Below are positions 28,609 to 37,891 of a stretch of DNA of 64,000 bases, piece after piece. The notes under the pieces were generated by a model that was not told the DNA's origin, ran no database searches, and saw nothing but the letters and a program-made list of their open reading frames with translations. The DNA is from an uncultured delta proteobacterium. Its GTDB lineage: Bacteria; Desulfobacterota; Binatia; HRBIN30; BPIQ01. Where the stretch lies: contig CAVXGR010000018.1 of assembly GCA_963761335.1 (NCBI GenBank), positions 864,001 through 928,000 of the forward strand. The letters are read 5' to 3'. Made by a program: the position numbers and the translations under genes. How positions within the stretch are numbered: the stretch's first letter is position 1; the number at the start of each line of letters is the position of its first letter.

Positions 28609-29667
28609 TCAGCAGTAGTGGCTTCGCCGCTTCACCGCGAGGCGGCGCTCGAGGACGAAGACCTCGACCTTCTCGTCACCGGCGTCCTTGCGGACAAACT
28701 TGTGGCCGCGCAGAACGGTTGCCAGAAGCCCGAGATCCTCGCGACCCCGGTAGTCGGCCTTCTCGGTGATCTCCGAGGTGGCGAATACGGTGTCTCCGGC
28801 GAAGATGGGCGCCGTGTGGCGCCCCGATGGATAGATGACATCGCCCAGTGAGTTGTCGGCGATGTCCGGGCAGGAGAGCCCGAGACACAGATTGAACGGA
28901 ATTCCGCCGTAGACGATCAGCTGCCCGCCGATGTACTTGTCCGGGTTCTGGTCGATCATGTGCTGATTGCAGTGTACCTGCGAAGTGTTGTCGAGCATGG
29001 CGGTGAGAGCGATGTGCTCGGAGGTGACGACGCGTCCGCGCGAATGCTCGATGGTGTCTCCGGGCGTGAAGTCCTCGAAGTAGGTGTCGGTGTTGGTGAG
29101 GGGGGCCAGCTCAGCGTAGTGCCGTCCAGCGTCGTACGGCGGCAGCTGCAGGCTGCAGGGTACCTCGGGGGCGTCGATCTTGGCGTCGTCCACCGGAGCC
29201 TCGAGATCCTTTTTCCACACCTGGACCTTGCGCTCGTAGGTGAGCACCACGGCGCCGCCCTGGTTGCGGCCGGTGGTCTGCACGTGCACCACGCCGCGGT
29301 CGCGGTCGCGACTGGAGGGCTTGACCCCGAGCACCCGGGAGGTCACCTCGAGAGTGTCACCGATATAGACGGGTGCGCCAAAGCGCATGTTGATGTATTC
29401 GAGATTGGCGCGGGCGTTTTCCGAGATGTCCTCCACGGTCTGGCTGAAGACGATGTTCATGACCAGCCCGGGAGGGAGTATCATCGAGCGGAATCCGTAG
29501 CATTCGGCGTAGCGTCGATTCTTGTGGAGCGGGTTGGTGGTCATGTCGTATCCGGTGAAGGCGTTGAACAGGCCCTCGGTGACCGTCTTGCCGACCTTGT
29601 GGTGGAAGACATGACCGACGCGAAAATCTTCGAGGAAGTTGCCTTTGGGCTTGCGGATGATTGCCAT
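28609..29667 (-). CDS. Double-hotdog MaoC hydratase, mesaconyl-CoA hydratase (Mch)-like
   Basis: Two domains starting GNFLEDF and YFEDF; NTSQVHCN, LIVYGG, HTAPIFAGDT. Confidence 0.75.
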   Translation of the reverse strand: MAIIRKPKGNFLEDFRVGHVFHHKVGKTVTEGLFNAFTGYDMTTNPLHKNRRYAECYGFRSMILPPGLVMNIVFSQTVEDISENARANLEYINMRFGAPVYIGDTLEVTSRVLGVKPSSRDRDRGVVHVQTTGRNQGGAVVLTYERKVQVWKKDLEAPVDDAKIDAPEVPCSLQLPPYDAGRHYAELAPLTNTDTYFEDFTPGDTIEHSRGRVVTSEHIALTAMLDNTSQVHCNQHMIDQNPDKYIGGQLIVYGGIPFNLCLGLSCPDIADNSLGDVIYPSGRHTAPIFAGDTVFATSEITEKADYRGREDLGLLATVLRGHKFVRKDAGDEKVEVFVLERRLAVKRRSHYC

Positions 29668-29771
29668 GAAAACGCCTCCGGGGGGAATGACCGGCGGATC
29701 ATTGCGAATGAGCTTCGCCGTGTCAACGCGCACCGGCGCAGCGTTGGCGTATCGCGGGCTGCGGCGCGGCG

Positions 29772-30539
29772 ATGATGCGTGACTGGAGCGATTGCGGCGA
29801 CGGCGATCTGCGCCTGATGACCGAGGGAATCATCGCGGTGACCCGCGAGCTGTCGCGCCAGGTGCCGCCGCCGCGCGGCGCTCCCTTCTTCGCCCTCGAG
29901 TCCCTCGACGGCGACTGGTCCCCCCTCGAGCGCTTTTGCGCCCGCGGCATCTTCCGCAAGTACGAGTCCGTACTCGACCTCGATTGCGGCCTGGGCGGCG
30001 GCGGGCGCTGGTGGAACGCCTACTTCGGCTGCCGCCTGGTCGGGGTGGCGCCGACGGCCGCGGTGGCGAGTGCCGCGGCGCGCCTCTCGGATCGCTCGCG
30101 GGCAGTGGAGACGCATTTCCTCGCCGGCTCGCTGAAGTCGTTGCCTTGTCGCTCGCGCCGCTTCACCCACGTGTGGTGGGCCGAGGGCCTGGAGGATCCC
30201 TCGACGGCAGCGGATGGAATCGGCGAGGCCTATCGCGTGCTCCGCCCCGGAGGGCACCTCGGCGTGCAGCAGACCGGCGCCTTGGCCTCGTGGAGCACCG
30301 AGATCGCCGCGCAGGCGCGCGCCGCTGGATTCACCGACATCGAGAGCCATGAGACGCGGCGCTCGCGACTTCCGGAGAGCTGCCTGCTGGCGCGGGGGCA
30401 GTTGCTGCGCTGGCTGCGCCACGCCGGCGAGCGTGGCGCCGAGTGGGCGGCGCATCTGGACGAGATCCATCGGCTCCACGATCGCAGGCCGCCGCAGATC
30501 GCGCAGGTGTTCGCCCGCCGCCCTCCCGCCGGCGTCTGA
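29772..30539 (+). CDS. Class I SAM-dependent methyltransferase-like protein
   Basis: VLDLDCGLGG (slightly degenerate motif I), RVLRPGG. Confidence 0.7.
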   Translation: MMRDWSDCGDGDLRLMTEGIIAVTRELSRQVPPPRGAPFFALESLDGDWSPLERFCARGIFRKYESVLDLDCGLGGGGRWWNAYFGCRLVGVAPTAAVASAAARLSDRSRAVETHFLAGSLKSLPCRSRRFTHVWWAEGLEDPSTAADGIGEAYRVLRPGGHLGVQQTGALASWSTEIAAQARAAGFTDIESHETRRSRLPESCLLARGQLLRWLRHAGERGAEWAAHLDEIHRLHDRRPPQIAQVFARRPPAGV

Positions 30540-30651
30540 GACGGAGCAGGAGCGCGGTCCCGACGCTTCTGGAAGCGGCGAGACGCCGCTTCTCATCGAT
30601 CCGGGTATGTTCCTCGACCCGGGGCGATCGGTGTGAGAGAAGGTCCGCTTC

Positions 30652-32001
30652 ATGGTTCACCGGCGGACCTCGTATCTCGCCTTGCTCACGGTCATGTGGG
30701 GAGCGCTTTCCTTTCACTGGACGGTGCTCGGCAACAACATCGTGCCGACGCGGGTGCTGGATTTCTCCACGCCCGACACCAAGGGCACGATGCTGGCGAT
30801 CGTCACCGTGGCCGGCGCCTGCATGGCCATGCTGACGGCGCCGCTCGCCGGGGTGCTGAGCGACGAGTCGCGATGGCGCTGGGGGCGCCGCCGCCCGTTT
30901 CTGGCGGCGGGGACGGTGCTCAACTGCTTCGCCCTGCTGGCTCTGGTGGGTGCGCGCTCGTTCACCGGGTTCGTGCTGGCGGCCCTCGCCGTACAGCTCT
31001 TCGCCAACCTGGCCGGAAGCCCCTACACCGCCCTCATCCCCGACCAGGTGCCCGACTATCAAAAGGGGAAGGCGACCGGTTTCGCCGGCTTCTCGGAGGT
31101 GGTCGGCAGGCTGCTGGGGGCGATCGTCGGCGGTCTGCTGATCTCGCTGCCCGCCGTGGCGGCGGTGCTGGCGCCGCTCTTGTTCTTCCTGCCGCGCTAT
31201 CTGGCGCTCGATCCGATGCTGCCGCTCACCCTCATCGTGATCGTGGTGATCTCGGGGGCGATGGTGCTCACCGTCCTGCGGGTCCCCGAGGTACCCGGCG
31301 ACGGCGACAGGGGCGAAGAACGTCCGGGTCTCTGGCGGCGGGCCTTCACCTTCGACGTGCGCGCCGAGAGCAACTTCGCCTGGCTCCTGGCGGCCCGCTC
31401 GATGAACATGCTGGCGATCAACTCGATCACCACCTTTCTGCTCTACTACATTCACGACTATCTCGGCGTCGCCAGCATCGAGCAGGCAAACGCCAAGCTC
31501 GGCTATCTGTTCGCCGTCTCGGCGCTGACCACGCTCCCCAGCGCGCTGTTGGTCGGCTACGCCATCGATCGCTACCAGCGGCGCAAAGTGTGGGTGTACG
31601 CCTCCAGCTTCGGTCTGGCGCTCGTCTGCCTGGCCTTCATCGTCATCGAGCGCTTCTCCGGAGCGCTCGCCGTCGGCGCCGTCTTCGGCCTCTGCTACGG
31701 TGCCTATTTCACCAGCGACTGGTCGCTCGCCCTGATGCTTCTGCCCAAGGGTGATACGGCCGCCAAGTACATGGGAATCTGGAACATCGCCGGGACTGCT
31801 CCGCAGGTCATTGCCCCGGGGATCGGCGGCCTGCTGCTCGACCGCTTCAACCGCGTCGGCGACCATCTCGGCTACCCGGTGCTCTTCCTCACCGTGGTCG
31901 CCTATCTGCTGATCGGGACTGCCATGCTGCTCAAGGTGAAGGAGCCCCGGCCCGGCACCTCCGCGGCGAAACTCGTGGACAGAGCCGCGGGTCAGATGTA
32001 A
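30652..32001 (+). CDS. MFS transporter
   Basis: About 12 TM segments, GVLSDE...WGRRRPF, ALIPDQVP. Confidence 0.88.
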   Translation: MVHRRTSYLALLTVMWGALSFHWTVLGNNIVPTRVLDFSTPDTKGTMLAIVTVAGACMAMLTAPLAGVLSDESRWRWGRRRPFLAAGTVLNCFALLALVGARSFTGFVLAALAVQLFANLAGSPYTALIPDQVPDYQKGKATGFAGFSEVVGRLLGAIVGGLLISLPAVAAVLAPLLFFLPRYLALDPMLPLTLIVIVVISGAMVLTVLRVPEVPGDGDRGEERPGLWRRAFTFDVRAESNFAWLLAARSMNMLAINSITTFLLYYIHDYLGVASIEQANAKLGYLFAVSALTTLPSALLVGYAIDRYQRRKVWVYASSFGLALVCLAFIVIERFSGALAVGAVFGLCYGAYFTSDWSLALMLLPKGDTAAKYMGIWNIAGTAPQVIAPGIGGLLLDRFNRVGDHLGYPVLFLTVVAYLLIGTAMLLKVKEPRPGTSAAKLVDRAAGQM

Positions 32002-32011
32002 CATTCCGCCG

Positions 32012-32503
32012 GTGAACGCGATGTCCTTCTTCTACGCTCCCACCGTTTGTCGGCGTCTCGGGTTGATGCTGGGCGTGGCGGTCGCGGCCCTCTTCCTCGG
32101 AGCCTCTCCGGGGGCGGCGCAGCAACGACCCTCGTGCGAGCAGGTGAACTCCGAGGTGAACCGCATCATCACTCATCGCAAGGGGGGACGCGCGGGCATC
32201 GTCGCCGTGGCCAAGAAGCTGAAGACCGACGAAGCCTGGGTAGAGCGCTGCATGCTGGCCTACGGCCGCATTCCCGCCGCCGACTCGCGGATCTCCGACG
32301 ACGAGCGCGAGCGCCTCCAGGAAGCGCTGGAAACCGGTGAGCCGGTGATTCCCAGCGACAGCGGCGATCAGCTCGACCCCCAGGAGGACACGCTCTACCA
32401 GCGGCCGGAGCGCAACAAGCGGCGGCTCAAGGACTTCAACGCCATCCGCCCGCGGCCCAACGATCCCCACTCGCGCGAGTTCCTCTCCAAGCCCGAGGAC
32501 TGA
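32012..32503 (+). CDS. Hypothetical exported protein
   Basis: Signal-peptide-like N-terminus ending GAA-Q; Cys pair; charged tail. Confidence 0.6.
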   Translation: MNAMSFFYAPTVCRRLGLMLGVAVAALFLGASPGAAQQRPSCEQVNSEVNRIITHRKGGRAGIVAVAKKLKTDEAWVERCMLAYGRIPAADSRISDDERERLQEALETGEPVIPSDSGDQLDPQEDTLYQRPERNKRRLKDFNAIRPRPNDPHSREFLSKPED

Positions 32504-32521
32504 ATCGGGCTCCCGGAGCTC

Positions 32522-33328
32522 TCACCGCTGTGGGCCGGGCTCGCGGAGCAGCAGGGCGGCGACGCGGCGCCCGGCGGCGTAGGTGACAAAGGCGAGGGCG
32601 ATGCCGAGAAGGGTGGAGACGGCCATGAGAGTCGCCGCGGCCATGGTCGCCGAGGGGCTGTCGAAGCGCAGCGGCGGTGCGCCGGCGGCGAGCTCGCCGA
32701 CCAGCTTGATCAGGTCGTCGCCGCGGATGGCCGCGAAGGCGATGTCGCCGCCTCCGGAGATGCGGGTGAGTAGATTGGTGCTCAGCACGGAGCCCATCTC
32801 GTAGTAGTCGCCGGTGACGTTGGAGAAGGGGATGAGCGCCAGGACGAAGGCGGCGCCGAAGAGCAACGGACGGCGACGCCCGACGCAGAGGCGGAGCAGG
32901 GGAACGCCGAGCAGCACGGTGAGCAGGTACGGCGCCGCGTCGGTGGCCAAGTAGACGAGATCCGAGCCCCCCGTGTCGAATCCGGACAGCCGCCCGGGGT
33001 AGTCGCCGCCGGCGACCACGAACGGGAAGACTCGAGCCAGCAGGCGGCCTCCGTACAGCGGCGCCACCTGCAGCTCCGTCACCTGACCGCCGGTGGCCAG
33101 GCAGGCGAGCGCGTGCATGAGCTCGTGAATGGGCACGTAGACAAACCAGGTGGCGACCATCCCCGCGGCAATGAGCAGGGTGGTCCACAGCGGCTGAGGG
33201 CCGCCGAGCATCTGGCGTTCGACGGCGGCGGTGAAATCGCTCAGCGGCTGCCGTATCCAGCGGAGCAGGGCCGCGGCGGCCGACCGACGCCGGCCGCCGA
33301 CCTCAGGGCGGGTCGACGGTGCGGCCAT
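32522..33328 (-). CDS. Hypothetical membrane protein with HExxH motif (putative zincin/M50-like)
   Basis: IHELMH within a TM-rich protein; later APY and GDYY. Confidence 0.6.
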   Translation of the reverse strand: MAAPSTRPEVGGRRRSAAAALLRWIRQPLSDFTAAVERQMLGGPQPLWTTLLIAAGMVATWFVYVPIHELMHALACLATGGQVTELQVAPLYGGRLLARVFPFVVAGGDYPGRLSGFDTGGSDLVYLATDAAPYLLTVLLGVPLLRLCVGRRRPLLFGAAFVLALIPFSNVTGDYYEMGSVLSTNLLTRISGGGDIAFAAIRGDDLIKLVGELAAGAPPLRFDSPSATMAAATLMAVSTLLGIALAFVTYAAGRRVAALLLREPGPQR

Positions 33329-33339
33329 CGGCGCGCCGC

Positions 33340-34545
33340 TCAGGCACGGATGATCTCCGGCGTGCGCGACAGGTCCTTGGTGATGTTCTTCTGGTGCGCC
33401 TCGACGGTGCCGCCGCCGATCTCCAGCAGCTTGGCGTCGCGCCACAGCCGCTCGACCACGTACTCCCCCATGTAGCCGTAGCCGCCGAGCACTTGGATGG
33501 CGCTGTCGGCGATGTTCTTCGCCGCGGTCGAGGCAAACAGCTTGCAGCCATCGGCGTCGACGCGGTTGCCATAGGAGTCGAGGTCCAGGCGTCGGGCGGT
33601 GTCGTAGACGAAGCAGCGCGCCGCCTTGAACTGGGCATACGATTCGGCGATGTGCCGCTGGATCTGCCCGTGCTCGCGGAGCGGTACTCCGAAGGTGCGC
33701 CGCTGGTTGGCGTAGTCGACCATCACCTCGAGGCAGCGGAGGGCGATGCCGAGCGACATGGCGGCCAGGGTGACGCGCTCGATCTCGAGATTGCGCATCA
33801 TGTGGCGCACGCTGTCTCCTTCGGCGCCGATCAGGTTGCCGGCGGGGACGGAGCAGCCGTCGAAGACCAGCTCCGCCGTCATCGATGCCCGCATTCCCAG
33901 CTTCTCTTTCAGACGCTGGCCCAGCTGAAATCCGGAAAGGCCCTTCTCCGCCAGAAAGGTGCTCAGCGACTTCTCGCCGGTGTAGGCGTAGACGAGAAAG
34001 ACGTCGCCGAGCGTCGAGTCGTCGATGCAGCCGTTGGTGATGAAGGTCTTGCGGCCGTTGAGGACGTAGTGATCTCCCTGCCGTTCGGCGCGCGAGCGCA
34101 TGCCGAGGACGTCGGTTCCCACCTCCGGCTCGGTCATGCACATGCCGCCGATCCACTCGCCGGAGATGGCCCGCGGCAGGACCCGCTGGCGTTGCTCGGG
34201 GTTGGCGTTGCGGGCGAAGTTGTTCACGAAGAGAACAGCGTGCGCCAGGTAGGCGAGGGTGAATCCGGGATCGGCGCTCGAGAGCGCCTCGTGGACCATC
34301 ACCGCCGCCACCGCGTCGAGGCCGGCGCCGCCGTGGCTCTCCGGCACGGTGAGCCCGAGGAGGCCGAGATCACCGGCGCGCCGGAAGAGGTCGCGGTTGA
34401 ACTTCTCTTCCCGGTTGTAGCGATCCGCCTGCGGCTCGACCTCACGGCTGACGAAGTCGCGCAAGGTGTCGGCGAGGATACGGTGCTCCTCGGTGGGGGC
34501 GAAGAGGTTGATCTGGCGCAGCTCTGCCGCGGTGAAATCGTTCAT
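33340..34545 (-). CDS. Acyl-CoA dehydrogenase, isovaleryl-CoA dehydrogenase-like
   Basis: MTEPEVGTD, KLGMRAS, LEIER, LGGYGY, RDAKLLEIGGGT. Confidence 0.85.
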   Translation of the reverse strand: MNDFTAAELRQINLFAPTEEHRILADTLRDFVSREVEPQADRYNREEKFNRDLFRRAGDLGLLGLTVPESHGGAGLDAVAAVMVHEALSSADPGFTLAYLAHAVLFVNNFARNANPEQRQRVLPRAISGEWIGGMCMTEPEVGTDVLGMRSRAERQGDHYVLNGRKTFITNGCIDDSTLGDVFLVYAYTGEKSLSTFLAEKGLSGFQLGQRLKEKLGMRASMTAELVFDGCSVPAGNLIGAEGDSVRHMMRNLEIERVTLAAMSLGIALRCLEVMVDYANQRRTFGVPLREHGQIQRHIAESYAQFKAARCFVYDTARRLDLDSYGNRVDADGCKLFASTAAKNIADSAIQVLGGYGYMGEYVVERLWRDAKLLEIGGGTVEAHQKNITKDLSRTPEIIRA

Positions 34546-34609
34546 GTCGCCCCGATCTCTAGAAGAGAAACGGCGCTGCAGCAATCCCGGGCGGCAGGCG
34601 GCGGTGCCG

Positions 34610-35041
34610 TCAGCGCGCCGACGGCGGCAGCTGGCTCGGACGGATCGGCTGTCCGTGGGCGAACTCGACGAGGTTGCCGTCAGGGTCGCGAAGGATGCAG
34701 TAGTAGCCGACGATCGGCCCCGCGTCCTCGGGCTCCTGGACGAGGACGCCGGCGGCCCGGCCGCGCTTGGCGACCTCGTCGACGGCCTGACGCGATGGCA
34801 AATCGTAGCCGAAGTGCGCCAGATGTGGTGGCACCGCCTCGCCTCCTTGCGGCGCCACCTGAATGACGACGATCACGAAGGAAGGGTTCTCTGCCGTCTC
34901 GCTGAGCCAGGCGACCGCGACGCCGCCGTCGACGCGGTCGTGTACCGCGTGCAGGTCGGCGAAGTCGCGGTAGAAGCGCTTCGTCGCCTCGACATCGGCG
35001 ACGAACAGCGCCACGTGTGTCAGCCTCGGCTTGGTCGGCAT
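34610..35041 (-). CDS. VOC/glyoxalase family protein
   Basis: LTHVAL, HFGY, RDPDGNLVEF. Confidence 0.85.
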   Translation of the reverse strand: MPTKPRLTHVALFVADVEATKRFYRDFADLHAVHDRVDGGVAVAWLSETAENPSFVIVVIQVAPQGGEAVPPHLAHFGYDLPSRQAVDEVAKRGRAAGVLVQEPEDAGPIVGYYCILRDPDGNLVEFAHGQPIRPSQLPPSAR

Positions 35042-35059
35042 CCGCTTCCGCGTTCTCCT

Positions 35060-36883
35060 CTACTCCACCGTGACGCTCTTTGCCAGATTGCGCGGCTGAT
35101 CGACGTCGCGGTCGAGGGCCACAGCCGCGTAGTAGGCGACGAGCTGCAGCGGGATGGTCATCAGGATCGGATTGAGCACGGGATCGGAGGGTGGGACCAC
35201 GAGGATGTCGTCGACCTTGGTGGGCAGGCGCTCATCCCCCGGGTGGGTCACCGCGATCACCGGCCCGCGGCGCGCCTTCACCTCCTCGAGCGAGGACAGC
35301 GACTTCTCGTAGAGGTCGTCCTGCGGCAGGATCACGAAGGTCGGTGTCTCCGGACAGATGAGCGCCAGCGGCCCGTGCTTGAGCTCCGAGGCCGGGTAGG
35401 CCTCGGCGTGGATGTAGGAGATCTCCTTGAGCTTCTGCGCTCCCTCGAGCGCCACCGGGTAGGCGTTGGCGCGGCCGATGAAGAAGGCGTTGGTGCGGTG
35501 CGCGTACTTGATGGCCACCTCGCGAATCTCCTCGGCGCGCTGCAGGATGCTGCGCAGCTGCTGGGGCAGCTGCTGGAGGGCGGTGACCAGACGTTTTCCC
35601 TGTGCCGGCGAAAGGTCGCGGATCCGTCCGAGGTGCAGGGCGAGGAGCGCGAAGGCCACCAGCGTGCAGGTGAACGCCTTGGTGGAGGCGACCGACACCT
35701 CCGGCCCGGCGTGGATGTAAATGCCGCCGTCGCACTCGCGCGCGATGCTGCTGCCGACGACGTTGACGATGCCGAGGACGCGGCCCCCCTTGCGCTTCAC
35801 CTCGTGCACCGCCGCCAGCGTGTCCGCCGTCTCTCCCGACTGGCTGACGACGATGTAGAGCACCTCCTTCTCGATCACCGGGTTGCGATAGCGAAACTCC
35901 GAGGCGGGCTCGGCGTCGGCGGGCACCCGGGTCAGCGACTCGATCATGTGGGCCCCGGAGATGCCGGAGTAGTAGGCCGTGCCGCAGCCGAGGATCTTCA
36001 CGCGGCGGATGTCGAGAAGGTCGCGCGGGCTCAGGTTCAGGCCGCCGAGGCGCGCCGTGCTGAACTGGAGGTCGAGCCGTCCCTTGAGGGTGCGCTCGCA
36101 GGCGTCGGCCTGCTCCATGATCTCCTTGAGCATGAAGTGCGCATACGGGCCGCGCTCGTAGGCCTCGTGCCCCCACTGCACGATCGCCGGGCTCTTGATC
36201 GTCGGGCGGTCGTCGAGCGTGCAGGTGTTGAAGCCGTCGGCGGTGACCGTCGCCACCTCGCGATCGTCGAGATAGACCACCTGCTTGGTGTGCCGCACCA
36301 GGGCGGCGACGTCGGAGGCGACGAACATCTCCTTCTCGCCGAGACCGATCACCACGGGGCTGCCGTTGCGAGCGGCCACGATGCGGTCGGGAAAGCGCGC
36401 GTCGACGACGGCGATGCCGTAGGTGCCCTGGATGGCGGAGAGTGCCTGGCGCACCGCCTGCTCGAGCTCCGCGCCATCGGCCTCCTCGATGAGGTGGGCC
36501 AGCACCTCGGTGTCGGTCTCGGAGCGGAAGACGTGACCATTCGCCTCGAGCTGGGCCCGCAACGCCGCGGCGTTCTCGATGATGCCGTTGTGCACCACGG
36601 CGATCTTTCCGCTGCAGTCGAGGTGGGGGTGGGCGTTGCCGTCGGTGGGCTCTCCGTGCGTCGCCCAGCGGGTGTGGGCGATGCCGGCCTCGCCGCGCAG
36701 TCGCTTGGGGAGGGAGCTCTCCAGCTGACGGATCTTGCCGGCCGCCTTGTGAACCCGCAGGCCGCCGCGCCCGATGAGCGCCACGCCGGCGGAGTCGTAG
36801 CCGCGGTACTCGAGCCGATGGAGCCCTTCGAGCAGGATGGGCAGTGCTTGCTGCTCACCGATGTATCCGACGATGCCACACAT
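35060..36883 (-). CDS. glmS: Glutamine--fructose-6-phosphate transaminase (isomerizing)
   Basis: MCGIVG, LEYRGYDSAG, HTRWATHG, SQSGETADT, PRNLAKSVTVE. Confidence 0.97.
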   Translation of the reverse strand: MCGIVGYIGEQQALPILLEGLHRLEYRGYDSAGVALIGRGGLRVHKAAGKIRQLESSLPKRLRGEAGIAHTRWATHGEPTDGNAHPHLDCSGKIAVVHNGIIENAAALRAQLEANGHVFRSETDTEVLAHLIEEADGAELEQAVRQALSAIQGTYGIAVVDARFPDRIVAARNGSPVVIGLGEKEMFVASDVAALVRHTKQVVYLDDREVATVTADGFNTCTLDDRPTIKSPAIVQWGHEAYERGPYAHFMLKEIMEQADACERTLKGRLDLQFSTARLGGLNLSPRDLLDIRRVKILGCGTAYYSGISGAHMIESLTRVPADAEPASEFRYRNPVIEKEVLYIVVSQSGETADTLAAVHEVKRKGGRVLGIVNVVGSSIARECDGGIYIHAGPEVSVASTKAFTCTLVAFALLALHLGRIRDLSPAQGKRLVTALQQLPQQLRSILQRAEEIREVAIKYAHRTNAFFIGRANAYPVALEGAQKLKEISYIHAEAYPASELKHGPLALICPETPTFVILPQDDLYEKSLSSLEEVKARRGPVIAVTHPGDERLPTKVDDILVVPPSDPVLNPILMTIPLQLVAYYAAVALDRDVDQPRNLAKSVTVE

Positions 36884-36908
36884 GGACTTCCTCCTTTGCG
36901 AAGTTTCC

Positions 36909-37181
36909 TCAGCCGTAGACGAGGCGGCGCAGCTGGCGCGCGCTGAGCGGTGGGGCCGCGAAGCGGCGCCGCTGGACCTCTTCCTGAAGCTGCTCGAAGA
37001 TGGCCTCGTTGCGCATGTGGTCGCCCTGCAGCTCGCGATGCCGGCGCGACACGAACTCCTCCAGGGACTCGGAAAAGTAGGCGATCACCTCTTCGACGAC
37101 CCGGCCGGCGTCGGCGGGCTGCATTCCGGTCAGCTGCGCCAGATGCGCGATGAGGTCGCCGAGGTCTGCCGCTGCCTGCAT
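36909..37181 (-). CDS. Small helical hypothetical protein upstream of glmS
   Basis: Protein-like sequence (AYFSESLEEFVSRRHRELQ...LSARQLRRLVYG), same strand as glmS and 25 bp before it. Confidence 0.75.
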   Translation of the reverse strand: MQAAADLGDLIAHLAQLTGMQPADAGRVVEEVIAYFSESLEEFVSRRHRELQGDHMRNEAIFEQLQEEVQRRRFAAPPLSARQLRRLVYG

Positions 37182-37213
37182 GAGGCCAATCCAAACCACG
37201 TCCGCTCCGCAAA

Positions 37214-37244
37214 AGCAAGATTTTTGCCCGAAAGCGGGCAGAAA
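37214..37244 (-). promoter_or_regulatory. Palindromic operator TTTTTGCCCG-N4-CGGGCAGAAA overlapping a sigma54-like site GGGCAAAAATCTTGCT
   Basis: 10-bp arms with 1 mismatch at 37221-37244; GG-N10-GC with TTGCT on the minus strand at 37214-37229. Confidence 0.55.
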
Positions 37245-37330
37245 GTAGAGCTTCTTGGGGCAGGAGACACGGCATCTGCGCCTTGCGAGCTGCTCTGGAG
37301 TGCCTGTGGCAAATGGGTTAGGAGAGGGAA

Positions 37331-37879
37331 ATGGCGATTCTGAAGGTTGCGCGCCTCGGCCATCCGGTCCTCCGCAAGTTGGCGGAGCCGGTTTCTCCGG
37401 AGGCGATTCTGGCGCCCGAGGTGCAGGGATTCATCGACGATCTGATCGAGACCATGTACGAGTACGACGGTGCGGGTCTGGCGGCGCCGCAGGTGCACGT
37501 CTCTCTGCAGGTCGTGGCCTTCGAGGTGCGCGGCAATCCGCGCTATCCGGAGGCTCCGGAGATTCCGCTGACGGTGCTGATCAATCCGAAGATCACGCCG
37601 ACGACGGAGGTCATGGCGGAGGATTGGGAGGGCTGTCTGAGCCTTCCCGATCTGCGCGGCCGGGTGCCCCGTTACCGGGCCGTTCGCGTCGAGGCCTATG
37701 ATCGCGGTGGCCAGAAGGTGCGTTTCGAGGTGCAGGATTTCCATGCGCGCGTCATCCAGCACGAATGCGATCATCTAGCCGGCAAGGTATTTCTCGACCG
37801 CATGTCGAGCTTCGAGTCCCTGTCGTTTCTGCACGAGTTCCTTCGCTACCGGCTGGGTGAGCCCGGCGGCGAGGCTTGA
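37331..37879 (+). CDS. def: Peptide deformylase
   Basis: GAGLAAPQ, EGCLS, QHECDH. Confidence 0.95.
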   Translation: MAILKVARLGHPVLRKLAEPVSPEAILAPEVQGFIDDLIETMYEYDGAGLAAPQVHVSLQVVAFEVRGNPRYPEAPEIPLTVLINPKITPTTEVMAEDWEGCLSLPDLRGRVPRYRAVRVEAYDRGGQKVRFEVQDFHARVIQHECDHLAGKVFLDRMSSFESLSFLHEFLRYRLGEPGGEA

Positions 37880-37891
37880 GTACGGCGCCGC

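Noticed and set aside
34466..36946. 826-aa plus-strand ORF
   Set aside because: Antisense to glmS and the VOC gene; codon-mirror artefact.
36884..37330. glmS ribozyme
   Set aside because: The upstream space is occupied by an ORF and I could not recognise the conserved ribozyme core.
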